Positions 37,254 through 47,131 of a stretch of 64,000 bases of DNA are shown here, in pieces. Below the pieces are notes generated by a model. That model was not told the origin of the DNA. It was given only the letters and a program-made list of their open reading frames with translations, and did no database searches. A program made the position numbers and the translations under genes. How positions within the stretch are numbered: the first letter of the stretch is position 1; each line of letters starts with the position of its first letter. The stretch lies in assembly GCA_016187225.1 (NCBI GenBank), contig JACPKC010000002.1, positions 3,387 to 67,386 of the forward strand. Direction: 5' to 3'. Origin of the DNA: Candidatus Berkelbacteria bacterium (lineage in GTDB: Bacteria; Patescibacteriota; UBA1384; JACPKC01).

Positions 37254-38342
37254 ATGATCCTGGTCACAGGTGGAGCTGGCTACATTGGCGCAGTCGTTGT
37301 CCACCAACTCTTAGAGCGAGGCGAGGCAGTTCGGATTTTTGACAAACTTTTCTTTACCGAGGCGCCGCTCAAAGGGGTGCGTGACAAGATTGAGCTCGTC
37401 CAGGGCGATATTCGAACGATTGACCCCTCTGTTCTTGAAGGAGTAACCGCGATTATTCATGCCGCCGGACTTTCCAACGACCCGACGGCAGAATACAACC
37501 CGCAGGCGAACCACGAAATGAACACGGTCGCGACCGAACGTCTGGCCAAACTCGCTAAAAGCATGGGCATTAAGCGATTCATCTTTGCCTCGTCATGTTC
37601 GATTTACGACAAAGGTTTTAATGCCGAGGATATTCTGCAAGATGAAACGGCTGTGCTCAAACCTCGCGCCGCCTACTCGGTCTCGAAGTACCAGGCCGAG
37701 CAGATTCTTCTTAAAATGGCTGACGAGCATTTTAAACCAGTTATTTTTCGCCAAGGGACAGTCTATGGCTATAGCCCTCGGATGCGCTACGACCTGGTGG
37801 TCAATACATTCGTTAGAGACGCGCTGACCAAAGGTCGACTGACGGTTAACGCCGGTGGCGAAATGTGGCGGCCACTGATCGACGTCACCGACATTGGGCT
37901 TGCCTATCTAACCGCGCTAACAGTGCCAGTCGATAAAATCGGTGGGCAGATTTTCAATTTGAGTTACAAGAACTATCGCGTTCTTGAGCTTGCCCATTGG
38001 GTCCGTGAAGCGCTCAAAGACGAGGCCCATATTGATATCGACGTGGACTACACCAACTACAACACCCGTTCCTACCGAGTTTCCACGACGAAGACCGAGC
38101 GACTCCTCGGTTTCCGGCCCAAGGTTTCCGTTAAAGACTCGGTGCTCTACATGATTGAAAAAATCCGTGAAGAAAAAAAGACTGACTTTGAAAACCCGAT
38201 TTACTACAACATCAAGTGGATGACATTCCTCGATGAAACTGAACGATTGCTCAAAAAAATCGGCAGTGTCTATGACTTACCCGAGGCAGACAAGGCTACT
38301 CTTGGCGCAAAACTAGCAATTAAAGAGCCAGTCACCAAATGA
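37254..38342 (+). CDS. NAD-dependent epimerase/dehydratase (extended SDR)
   Basis: TGGAGYIG, ASSCSIY, YSVSK and GYSPRMRYDLVVN motifs. Confidence 0.92.
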   Translation: MILVTGGAGYIGAVVVHQLLERGEAVRIFDKLFFTEAPLKGVRDKIELVQGDIRTIDPSVLEGVTAIIHAAGLSNDPTAEYNPQANHEMNTVATERLAKLAKSMGIKRFIFASSCSIYDKGFNAEDILQDETAVLKPRAAYSVSKYQAEQILLKMADEHFKPVIFRQGTVYGYSPRMRYDLVVNTFVRDALTKGRLTVNAGGEMWRPLIDVTDIGLAYLTALTVPVDKIGGQIFNLSYKNYRVLELAHWVREALKDEAHIDIDVDYTNYNTRSYRVSTTKTERLLGFRPKVSVKDSVLYMIEKIREEKKTDFENPIYYNIKWMTFLDETERLLKKIGSVYDLPEADKATLGAKLAIKEPVTK

Positions 38343-39238
38343 AGGCTCGCCCGACCATGATTATAGGAGCGAACGGCGCGCTTGGCTCCGATTTAGTACT
38401 TGCCTATGGCAACGAAGCTTTAGCCGTGACGCATGCCGAGTTAGAAGTTGGTGATGAATCGAGGGTGCAAGCCTATCTTAAAAAAGCGAATCCCCAAGCG
38501 GTAATTAATACCGCGGCTTATCACCAACTAGATGAGTGTGAACGCAACCCCGCTCAAGCTTTCGCCGTCAATGCGCTTGGCGCTTTATATGGAGCGCGCG
38601 CGTGCGCTGAAATTGGCGCCAAGTTTCTTTATGTGAGCACTGATTATGTCTTCGATGGCGCTAAGCAAAAACCTTATCTTGAAACTGACAAACCGAATCC
38701 AGAGAGTGTTTATGCCGTGAGCAAATTAGCCGGCGAACAATTTGCCCTTCATTACAACGACAAAGCTTATGTCGTCCGCACTTGCGGTCTCTATGGTGCC
38801 ACGCCTTCGCGTGTTAAAGGCACAAATTTTGTTTTGACGATGCTCAAATTGGCTCGTGAAAAGGGAATGGTCTCGGTAGTGGACGACCAGTTTATAACGC
38901 CAACCTCCACCCGCGACCTGGCAAATCAAATTAAGCGCATCCTTGAGGATGGCCAACCGGGTCTCTACCACGCAACCTCGGCCGGGAGTTGTAGCTGGTA
39001 CGAGTTTGCCGAAGCTATTTTTGTCGAGGCGTCAATGTCAATTGAGTTGAGGCGTAACCAAACTGATCTAGCCACTCTCGCTGTCAAGCGTCCCACCTAT
39101 TCTGTTTTAGAAAATCAGGCCCTTAAAGATCAGAGGATCGATATCATGCGTTCCTGGCGAGACGCGCTCAAAGACTATCTGCGCGATTTACTAGCCTCGC
39201 AATCTCCCCATGCCCCATCCGAAGCTCTCGCGGCTTGA
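38339..39238 (+). CDS. rmlD: dTDP-4-dehydrorhamnose reductase
   Basis: GANGALG, STDYVFDG, YAVSKLAGE, VVDDQ..PT and RP.YSVL motifs. Confidence 0.92.
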   Translation: MKARPTMIIGANGALGSDLVLAYGNEALAVTHAELEVGDESRVQAYLKKANPQAVINTAAYHQLDECERNPAQAFAVNALGALYGARACAEIGAKFLYVSTDYVFDGAKQKPYLETDKPNPESVYAVSKLAGEQFALHYNDKAYVVRTCGLYGATPSRVKGTNFVLTMLKLAREKGMVSVVDDQFITPTSTRDLANQIKRILEDGQPGLYHATSAGSCSWYEFAEAIFVEASMSIELRRNQTDLATLAVKRPTYSVLENQALKDQRIDIMRSWRDALKDYLRDLLASQSPHAPSEALAA

Positions 39239-39947
39239 AGCCTACGTCGCTGGCCGTTTCGATGATCTAGCAGGTAATGCGGAGATGTTTCCGGAAGATC
39301 TCGCGCTAGATGATTGGCAGTGGCTGGCAGTTGTTAAAGTACTCGCTCCAATCAGCGGTCAGACTGTGCTCGATGCCGGTTGCGCTAAGGGGAAGTTCGT
39401 CGCTCGCCTTGAGGCGGAAGGAGCGAAAGCGATAGGAATCGACTTGAGTCCGGCTCTGCTTGCGGCGGCGCGAGCGCGCGGATTGAGGGCTAGATTTCTT
39501 GAAGGATCAGTCACCGCCTTGCCCTTTGAAGATGAGTCGTTTGACGCGGTGATTTGCATTGAGGTTTTAGAACATGTGCCGGAACTTGAGCGCGCGCTCA
39601 AAGAATTAGGTCGCGTCTTGCGGCCTGGCGGCAGTTTGGTGGTGATCGACAAAAATAGGGCTGGGCTTCACCCCGAGTGGCCGTATCCAGCCGCCCTTTA
39701 TAAATGGTGGGGAGAACGCAGAGGGCGCTGGATGTACTCACTTGACGCGCCGATTCAAGAGACATGGTTTACCGCAAGTGGATTGAAAGATATGCTTGCA
39801 AAACAAGTTGGCCCAACCGAAGTTTCGTTTCCTCGCCGTTTTACTCGGACCTTGACCGCTCGACTAACTCGCCTGTTACCTCTTTTGTCGTATGATCTTT
39901 TGTGGCATTCACAAAAACGAGTAAAGAATACATCTATTAAAGAATAA
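39210..39947 (+). CDS. Class I SAM methyltransferase (type 11)
   Basis: VLDAGCAKG, LPFEDESFD, EVLEH and LRPGG motifs. Confidence 0.9.
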   Translation: MPHPKLSRLEAYVAGRFDDLAGNAEMFPEDLALDDWQWLAVVKVLAPISGQTVLDAGCAKGKFVARLEAEGAKAIGIDLSPALLAAARARGLRARFLEGSVTALPFEDESFDAVICIEVLEHVPELERALKELGRVLRPGGSLVVIDKNRAGLHPEWPYPAALYKWWGERRGRWMYSLDAPIQETWFTASGLKDMLAKQVGPTEVSFPRRFTRTLTARLTRLLPLLSYDLLWHSQKRVKNTSIKE

Positions 39948-39954
39948 CAGACTT

Positions 39955-41028
39955 ATGAATTGCCAAAAGATCACGAAGTGGCTACTCGATTGCCAGTTGA
40001 CGGACGGCCATTACGCTGGGGGATTACTTGAAGGCGAAGACGTGCGCACCGGCAACTACGAGTTCGTTTATTTTGAAACGACCGGGTATCTCCTCACTTA
40101 TTTAGTGAATGAATACCAGGCAACCCGTGAGGAGATTTTTTTACATCGGGCCAAGCAGGCCGTTCAATTTTTGACCGCAAATCTTACCCGTTGGGGACTC
40201 CCCTACACCCTTGATCCAAAGAGTAGCAAGCTAGATCGCCGAGTATTCACCTTTGATAACGCAATTATTATTAGTGGACTCTTGGATCTTTTCACTGTTA
40301 CCAAACTAACACGTTATCGGGCATTGGCTCTATTGATTTCCAGGCCGTTGATTAAATCGATGATTCGCACTGATGGGACTGTGCGGGCGTATCGTGATCT
40401 TCAGACAGGGCGAGTGACGCATTCGGGCACTGATTTTGCCACCGACGAGAGCTGTATTCATATTAAGGATTCGATCGCGCTCTTAAAGCTTGCACGGGCC
40501 ACTGGTCGAGGCAAATATCGTACACTGGCTGAACGGCTATTGGCGACCGCGCCCAGCTTTCAACGGCCAGACGGCAGTTTTCTGGTGCATAAGAACGGTA
40601 GTTTTGTTTTTTCCCATGCTCACTGCTACGCCACCGAAGGTTGTCTGTATGGTTACTTATCAACTGGGAGCAAAGAGTATCTCAAATGGGCGTGTGCCGC
40701 TGGCGATTACTTGAGTAGCGCTCAAGCCTGGACGGGGGGCATCTACCAATATGAACGATCTGGTCAAACAGCGGCTGATGCTACATCTCAAGCGATCAGA
40801 ATTTGGCGCTCGCTCGATTTAATCACCGGACGTCCCGCGTACGGAGCCAATATTAAGCGAGCATTGGCTTATCTTGATCGAATGCAAGCCGCTCAGGGTG
40901 GGCTTCGCTATACTCAAGGTCGCTTTTTGGGTCGCTCTCCTATCCTTTACACCTGGGTGTCGATGTTTGCCCGCTCCGCTCAATGCTTGACAGGATCTCC
41001 CGCGCCGCTCATCAATGAGATCTACTAA
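39955..41028 (+). CDS. (alpha/alpha)6-toroid protein (AGE-epimerase/six-hairpin glycosidase-like)
   Basis: YFETTGY, TFDNA and HAHCYATEG motifs with repeated helical Q..DG units. Confidence 0.55.
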   Translation: MNCQKITKWLLDCQLTDGHYAGGLLEGEDVRTGNYEFVYFETTGYLLTYLVNEYQATREEIFLHRAKQAVQFLTANLTRWGLPYTLDPKSSKLDRRVFTFDNAIIISGLLDLFTVTKLTRYRALALLISRPLIKSMIRTDGTVRAYRDLQTGRVTHSGTDFATDESCIHIKDSIALLKLARATGRGKYRTLAERLLATAPSFQRPDGSFLVHKNGSFVFSHAHCYATEGCLYGYLSTGSKEYLKWACAAGDYLSSAQAWTGGIYQYERSGQTAADATSQAIRIWRSLDLITGRPAYGANIKRALAYLDRMQAAQGGLRYTQGRFLGRSPILYTWVSMFARSAQCLTGSPAPLINEIY

Positions 41029-42185
41029 TGGGCTCGTCTTGTAATTCTCTGCAATGCATCCTCATGATTCCGCACGGAACCGATCCGTTTGTCGTTGTTC
41101 GGGGCGATGTGCTGGCTGACGCCTTGGGTCGGAAGCAGGGTGTCACGGCCTATACGCTCAAAATCAACTCTGGTCAACCCAAGACGCTCGGCGAGAAGGT
41201 CAAGTTTTTTTTTAGTAATCTGGCACGGCCGATTTCAGTCGTGCAAAACGACCTCAAAGATTACGATGTTATTGTTCCCTATCTCTTTTTACCCGTTGCG
41301 CCGTGGTCGATTTGGCTGATCCGGTTTTTCGCCCGCTGGCAAGTAAGCCGCGTGATTCAGCTTATTCAGCCAAAGTTCGTAATAAATGCGTCTTACTTTT
41401 CGTTTTCGGTTACTCCAAGCCGTTACTATCGCCTAATCTACGACCTGGTGGATGATTTCGACGGCTCACCGCGTGAAGGTTGGTTCGATCGATCAGTTCG
41501 TCAATTTGTGGGGCGCGAACTTAAGTCGGCTGATGAGATTTGGACGATCTCACTCGGCCTCATGTCTAAACTTAAGCAGGTTGGCTACCAAACGATTCGC
41601 TATGTGCCGAATGGCACCACGGTTGATAAATTTCGCACAGTTTCTGATACAAAAATTTCGGCCCTTCGGCGCAAACTTGGAGTCACAAATAAAACTGTGA
41701 TTGGATACATCGGCAACCATGCTTCTTGGTCTGGGATCGATTTTGTTCTTGATCTCGCCCGAAAGGTGCCTAAAAATTGGATTTTTCTCGTTGTCGGTGG
41801 TGGATCAGAAGTCGACAAGCACAAAGCGACTGCGCCAAAGAACATGAAATTTATAGGGCCAGTTTTACCTAGCGAAGTCGCAACCTATTTCCGGTTGACT
41901 GACATTGGCATTCTGCCATTTATTCGGATGCCGTTTACGGATAATGCGCTTCCAATCAAAGTGATCGAATATGGCGCGGCCCGCAAGCTCTTAATCGCCG
42001 AACGTCTAACCGAGTTGCAACGTTTAAGATTTCCTCACGTTGTATTTCCTAAACGCCGGTCGGTTGCCGCCTGGTTAGCCGCCTTGAAAACTACTCGCCG
42101 CACGCGGTGGCAGGCAGGCTGGGATCAAACAATTGAGGCCTTTGACTGGAACGAAATTGCCAAAAAGATCCCGCTTGATTATTAG
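41028..42185 (+). CDS. GT-B glycosyltransferase (GT4-like)
   Basis: YDLVDD, VPNG, IGYIG and PIKVIEYGAA motifs. Confidence 0.85.
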   Translation: MGSSCNSLQCILMIPHGTDPFVVVRGDVLADALGRKQGVTAYTLKINSGQPKTLGEKVKFFFSNLARPISVVQNDLKDYDVIVPYLFLPVAPWSIWLIRFFARWQVSRVIQLIQPKFVINASYFSFSVTPSRYYRLIYDLVDDFDGSPREGWFDRSVRQFVGRELKSADEIWTISLGLMSKLKQVGYQTIRYVPNGTTVDKFRTVSDTKISALRRKLGVTNKTVIGYIGNHASWSGIDFVLDLARKVPKNWIFLVVGGGSEVDKHKATAPKNMKFIGPVLPSEVATYFRLTDIGILPFIRMPFTDNALPIKVIEYGAARKLLIAERLTELQRLRFPHVVFPKRRSVAAWLAALKTTRRTRWQAGWDQTIEAFDWNEIAKKIPLDY

Positions 42186-42194
42186 TAAACACAT

Positions 42195-42938
42195 CTAATG
42201 CTTGGGTTTCCAAATCTCAATGACAGTCAGATGCCCGAATAAAGAGCGCGCCAGGTGGTGTTTAAGCGTATTGCGCCCAAACAGGTTCATGAGTCGCTTG
42301 CCGAGCGGTAGGAACCACCAGCCGACAACTGGGTTGTATGACCAAACTTTAGCCTGTGGGATTTGGGCGATTTGAACGAGGCGCCGGGCACGGGCTGGGT
42401 GGATATCATCTTCATAGCCGTAGACCCAGCGGCGAGTGATAATTAGGAGCGCTTTGGCGATTGTATAGGGCAGATCGAGTGGATTTGGCACGAGAATAAA
42501 CGTTACGCCGCCTGGCTTGGTAGCTCTATACATCATCTTCATGAGCGCGAGCTTGCCTTCATCGACAAAGTGTTCAATGACGCCGCCATTCCAAACTAAG
42601 TCGTAAGCGCCAAGAGAGTGTTTGAGCGCCAGAGCATCATCCTCGATAAGGGTTACGGGTAGATTCGCTTTGGCAAAAGCCTGACTTGCGAACTTGAGGG
42701 CTTTTGGCGAGAGGTCGAGGAGTGAAACTTGAGCGCCGGCGCGAGCGAGTTCGAGCGAGCTTAAACCAGAACCAGCGCCAACTTCAAGGACTGTTCGACC
42801 CGACCAATCTGGATATAGCGCCTTGACGGTCTCGACGTTGGCTTCGTTATCAACGCCGCTATAACTTTTGGGATCATAGTCTTGGGAGACAGCGTCCCAA
42901 ACTTCAACAACGTCAGCCTGTTGGTACTGATTTGCCAT
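42195..42938 (-). CDS. Class I SAM methyltransferase
   Basis: VLEVGAGSG, YDLVWNGGVIEHF and VPN motifs. Confidence 0.9.
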   Translation of the reverse strand: MANQYQQADVVEVWDAVSQDYDPKSYSGVDNEANVETVKALYPDWSGRTVLEVGAGSGLSSLELARAGAQVSLLDLSPKALKFASQAFAKANLPVTLIEDDALALKHSLGAYDLVWNGGVIEHFVDEGKLALMKMMYRATKPGGVTFILVPNPLDLPYTIAKALLIITRRWVYGYEDDIHPARARRLVQIAQIPQAKVWSYNPVVGWWFLPLGKRLMNLFGRNTLKHHLARSLFGHLTVIEIWKPKH

Positions 42939-43023
42939 AAATTAAGGGTAAAGAGCAAAGAGTGATGAGTAAAGAGGTGCGTATGTGCTCGGTGCATTTG
43001 CAATCAAGTTGATCTGGTGCTTG

Positions 43024-43857
43024 TTAAATAGCGGCTGGAATTGGAGTGTGTTCGCCGCGCTCGGCGACGAGAAAAATCGTTTGGCGGCCAGAGGGCATGA
43101 GTTGAGAAGCTAGATAAAGCAGTCTGCCAATCGGTGATCGATCGGGGCGGTACCAAAAGGTCATTGCTTCGAGTGTAGTCAAGCCTGAATCGGCCAGGAG
43201 GCGTTTGAGTCGGCGAATATCATAATAAACGATGTGACCCCAGAGCCCATCCTCGCGATTTGCCCGACCGTCACCCCAATAACCCAAATCGCCATTGCCG
43301 CGAAGCAAGCTCAAACGTGAGCCAAGACTGGCTAAATTGGGAGTCGTGAGAATTATAATCCCGTTAGGCGCTAATCGATCGCGGATCGCTTCAAGAGAAC
43401 GCAAGAGGGTGGTGTGATCGAGATGTTCGGCAATTTCTGTAAACAGAATCACATCATAGATTTTGTCGCCATACAGCTTTTCATCCTCGGTGAAATCAGA
43501 CAGTTCGAGCTTAATTTCATACTCGGCGAGCATTTTTTTGAGAGTTTTATTTTCAAGATATGGGCTGGTCGGAGATTCAAAAACAGTCCAATCGATCGGA
43601 TAACGCTTAGCTAGATAACTGGCAATTGCGAAATCTTGGTGACCGCAAGCAAGTCCGGAGGCGTTCAGAATTCGGAGCTTGTCCTTGGATCTGATTCGGG
43701 CAAAATGCTCAATCGCATCGATGCTTTTAGCGTGGCGAATTGCGCTTGAATGCGCCCAGGATCGAGCTAAGGCGAGGTTAGCCTGACCGACAATTTTGCG
43801 TTCTACCAAATAGCAGAGAGGTTCAATTTCGTTAATGATGGCTTGCGTTGCTGACAT
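43024..43857 (-). CDS. Class I SAM methyltransferase (atypical motif I)
   Basis: YDVILFTEIAEHL and L.P.G.IILTTPN motifs. Confidence 0.8.
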   Translation of the reverse strand: MSATQAIINEIEPLCYLVERKIVGQANLALARSWAHSSAIRHAKSIDAIEHFARIRSKDKLRILNASGLACGHQDFAIASYLAKRYPIDWTVFESPTSPYLENKTLKKMLAEYEIKLELSDFTEDEKLYGDKIYDVILFTEIAEHLDHTTLLRSLEAIRDRLAPNGIIILTTPNLASLGSRLSLLRGNGDLGYWGDGRANREDGLWGHIVYYDIRRLKRLLADSGLTTLEAMTFWYRPDRSPIGRLLYLASQLMPSGRQTIFLVAERGEHTPIPAAI

Positions 43858-43946
43858 ATTGGCACACCGTTATTTACGCGCGGGGCTCTTTACGACTATG
43901 GGGTTGCTTCGTTACGCTCGCCACGTCACATGTAAGGTAGTACAAG

Positions 43947-46058
43947 ATGAAACGAAGTACAATCATTGCGAAACGCCTGACGATCGGTCTTGATGGTCGA
44001 GCGTTCACTGAGCCACTCACCGGTCTGGGCCAGCTAGCGGCTGAAATTATTCTTGAACTTATACGCCGTCGGGATCGAATTATTATCTTTACAGATCAGC
44101 CGCCGCTTCCAGTTTATCGACGCTGGCTGGGTCGATCGGTGCGGTGGATCATTAGGCCCGCGCCTTTTCGCTGGTGGTGGGAGCTATTCACTTTGCCTCG
44201 TTTACTCCGTGCTTACCCCGTTCAGGTTTATCATGCAACTGGCAATCAGGGCGCGCCGCTCTTTGGATCAACGCCATCGGTGCTGACTGTTCATGATTTA
44301 ATTCCGCTCCGTCGCGCAACATCAGGCTCGCTGATCGACCGGCTATACGCTCGTTTTGTAACTCGCCCGCTTATCGCGCAAAGCGTACGGCGCGCTGTAC
44401 GCATCACCACGGTTTCACGTGCGACTCGGGCTGAATTGGTTGCTCAATTTCCGGCCATAACGCTTGAGAAACTTTCGGTCGTCTACAATGGTTTGCCGAC
44501 TCAAACTTATCCCGCGCTCGGACCAAAAAATAATTTTCATCTGCCCTTGGGTCCATACCTACTCTTTTTTGGCGGCTTCGACCGACGCAAGCAGATTCTA
44601 GAGCTCATCGAAGCTTTTGAAAGTATTGCTCGCAATCAGCCCAGTCTTTCACTTATTTTAGCGGGGCAGAAGAATCATTATTTCGAAACTGAAGTCGCAT
44701 CTCGTTTGGCGCGCTCGTCTTTGGCGAGGAGAATTATTTGTCCGGGCTACGTCGATGACCGCACGCTTAATCGTCTCATTAAAAAGGCGATCGCGATTAT
44801 TTATCCGTCGGCGGCCGAAGGTTTTGGTTTGCCGGTACTGCGTGCTTACGCCGCTGGCAAGCCGCTTGTTGCAACTGATCTACCATGTTTTCGCGAACTT
44901 CTTGGCTCAAAAGCGCCGCTCATATCATTGCCCGTCACGCCCGCCTCACTTGCCGCCGCGCTTGAAACGACTCTCGCGAATCCCGCAGAGAGCGCTCCAG
45001 TTAGAGATTCAAGGTTCTCCTGGCGTCGTTCGGCGCGTTTATTTCGTACGCTGTATCAAGAGGTATCAGTTCGAACGCCGCGCGTCGAATCGGCTTTGCG
45101 CCACCTTGCCACAACCTCGCAAGTAAAAACCCAACAAGTTTCCTTAATCGCAACTTTTTGGAATGAGGCTCACAGTATCGAAGCGTTTATCGATTCGATT
45201 GCCGCCCAAACTCGTCGACCCGATGAAGTTGTTTTAGTTGATGGCGGCTCAACCGATGACACTGTTGAGCGCATTCTAAAACGCAAAAAGCGAGAAAAAA
45301 ATCTCAAAATTCGTCTTGAGATCGTGCCCGGAAATCGATCAGTTGGTCGGAATCGCGCGATCGCGCTTGCCCGCTATCCAATTATTGCCGCGACCGACGT
45401 TGGTTGCACTCTCGCCCCAGAGTGGCTCGAAGAAATCATTCAGCCATTCGAGGAAAATCAGGCGACAGTTTGGGTGAAGGGCTGGTATCAAGTATTGGCG
45501 CACACGCCTTGGCAGAAAGTTATTGGTATCTTTCTGGTGCCGCCGCTTGGTCGAGTCAATCCAGTCAACTTTTTACCTTCGACGCGTTCAGAAGCATTTA
45601 CAAAAACGGCTTGGGCGCTGGCGGGCAAATTCGACCCACGCTTGAATCACAATGAAGACACCCCCTTTGCCCTGGAACTCCAGCGCCTCGGTGGCCATTC
45701 TGTCTTCACACCCTTTGCCTACGTTTATTGGGAACCGCCCGCGACGCCAACTGCAATGTATCGGGTTCTGCGACGTTACGCGGTGGGCGATGGCGAGTCC
45801 GGCGTCTGGACACTTCAATTTACTATCGCTTCTTTGCTTATCATTTTATCCTTGGGATTGATTACTCTAGGCTTACTGGGCTTGCAGTTCGCTTGGTTTG
45901 GGTTGGGATTGCTTTGGCTCATTTATCTTTTCGCGGTCTATCTGGATCACCCCAGGCTCCATTTGGCGGATTGGTGGCGGGTGGCGATTACTCGAATTCT
46001 GATTCTCGTCGCCATTATTAGCGGCTATATCAGTGGCTGGAGGAAAAGAATCAGATGA
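43947..46058 (+). CDS. Bifunctional GT4 + GT2 glycosyltransferase with C-terminal TM helices
   Basis: N-half TVHDL, EGFGLP; C-half VDGGSTD, ATDVG, NEDT. Confidence 0.9.
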   Translation: MKRSTIIAKRLTIGLDGRAFTEPLTGLGQLAAEIILELIRRRDRIIIFTDQPPLPVYRRWLGRSVRWIIRPAPFRWWWELFTLPRLLRAYPVQVYHATGNQGAPLFGSTPSVLTVHDLIPLRRATSGSLIDRLYARFVTRPLIAQSVRRAVRITTVSRATRAELVAQFPAITLEKLSVVYNGLPTQTYPALGPKNNFHLPLGPYLLFFGGFDRRKQILELIEAFESIARNQPSLSLILAGQKNHYFETEVASRLARSSLARRIICPGYVDDRTLNRLIKKAIAIIYPSAAEGFGLPVLRAYAAGKPLVATDLPCFRELLGSKAPLISLPVTPASLAAALETTLANPAESAPVRDSRFSWRRSARLFRTLYQEVSVRTPRVESALRHLATTSQVKTQQVSLIATFWNEAHSIEAFIDSIAAQTRRPDEVVLVDGGSTDDTVERILKRKKREKNLKIRLEIVPGNRSVGRNRAIALARYPIIAATDVGCTLAPEWLEEIIQPFEENQATVWVKGWYQVLAHTPWQKVIGIFLVPPLGRVNPVNFLPSTRSEAFTKTAWALAGKFDPRLNHNEDTPFALELQRLGGHSVFTPFAYVYWEPPATPTAMYRVLRRYAVGDGESGVWTLQFTIASLLIILSLGLITLGLLGLQFAWFGLGLLWLIYLFAVYLDHPRLHLADWWRVAITRILILVAIISGYISGWRKRIR

Positions 46059-47131
46059 AAGTTCTTTTTCAGTGTCGAAAAAACTTAAACACCTACGCTG
46101 GCGGTGATCGCGTGCAAATTCTTGCTACTCAAGTCGCCTTGAAAAAATTAGGTATTGAGGCTCAACTCTCGCTCGGAGAGCCGCCAGCTTTGGACGGAAT
46201 TGATGTGGTGCATGTTTTTAATCCGCTCTTGGTCTCCGCGCGAATTCTCAAGCAGGCAAAAATCGCTGGCGTGCCAGTGGTCGTTTCCTCAATCTTTTGG
46301 CCAATGGGCGAGTATTTTCGTGCTTATAAAGATTTTACCCGTACCTTGATAACACTCCGACCCACCAACTGGGTTTCTGCCAGTCTTGAGATGGGCTTGC
46401 GTTATTTAACTTATACCTACGCTTGGAACCCATTTATCGAACATCGCCTCACTCACTTTTTGTCGCAGGCTGATCTTGTCCTGCCAAATTCAAGCGCGGA
46501 AGGCGAGATGATCGAGTCACGGTTAAAGGTTAAAACTCCTTGGCGAGTTGTGCCGAATGGCATCGATCCACTCTTAAAAGTAAAAAAGATGGTTTCACTT
46601 CCCTCTCTCTTGAAAAAAATAAAAAACTATATTCTCTGCGTCGGTCGTCTGGAGCTCCGAAAAAATCAGCATCTTTTAATTCAGGCGCTTTCGGGTATCC
46701 AGGTTCCTCTCGTTTTGGTGGGTAATCGAACCGTGAGCCCAAGTTACACCCGCGTCTGCGAAAAATTGGCGCGCCAGCACAATCAAACGTATTTTATCGA
46801 TCATCTACCTCAAGAAGCTTTGCCACTTGTCTACCAGCGAGCCCGTGTCCACGCTCTGCCTTCATGGTATGAAACGCCCGGACTTGCCTCGCTCGAAGCG
46901 GCGCTGGCCGGTTGTCGCATTGTGACGACCTCTACAGGCGGCCCGCGGGAATATTTCGGTAAAGAAGCATTTTATTGTCAGCCGAACGATCCTGGATCAA
47001 TCAAAAACGCAGTTTTACAAGCCCTAGCCGCTCCCATTTCATCTCGGCTTCAAGAGCGAATCAAGTTAAACTATACTTGGAAACAGACTGCTATCAAGAC
47101 ATTGGCAGGGTATCGGGCGGCACAACGCTAA
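46055..47131 (+). CDS. Glycosyltransferase family 4
   Basis: GGD.VQ, VPNGID, RKNQ and ETPGLASLEA motifs. Confidence 0.92.
   Translation: MKVLFQCRKNLNTYAGGDRVQILATQVALKKLGIEAQLSLGEPPALDGIDVVHVFNPLLVSARILKQAKIAGVPVVVSSIFWPMGEYFRAYKDFTRTLITLRPTNWVSASLEMGLRYLTYTYAWNPFIEHRLTHFLSQADLVLPNSSAEGEMIESRLKVKTPWRVVPNGIDPLLKVKKMVSLPSLLKKIKNYILCVGRLELRKNQHLLIQALSGIQVPLVLVGNRTVSPSYTRVCEKLARQHNQTYFIDHLPQEALPLVYQRARVHALPSWYETPGLASLEAALAGCRIVTTSTGGPREYFGKEAFYCQPNDPGSIKNAVLQALAAPISSRLQERIKLNYTWKQTAIKTLAGYRAAQR

Noticed and set aside
47094-47131. 38-nt 3' overlap of the convergent GT4 and GT-C genes as antisense regulation
   Set aside because: Short convergent overlaps are common in compact genomes and there is no further signal.
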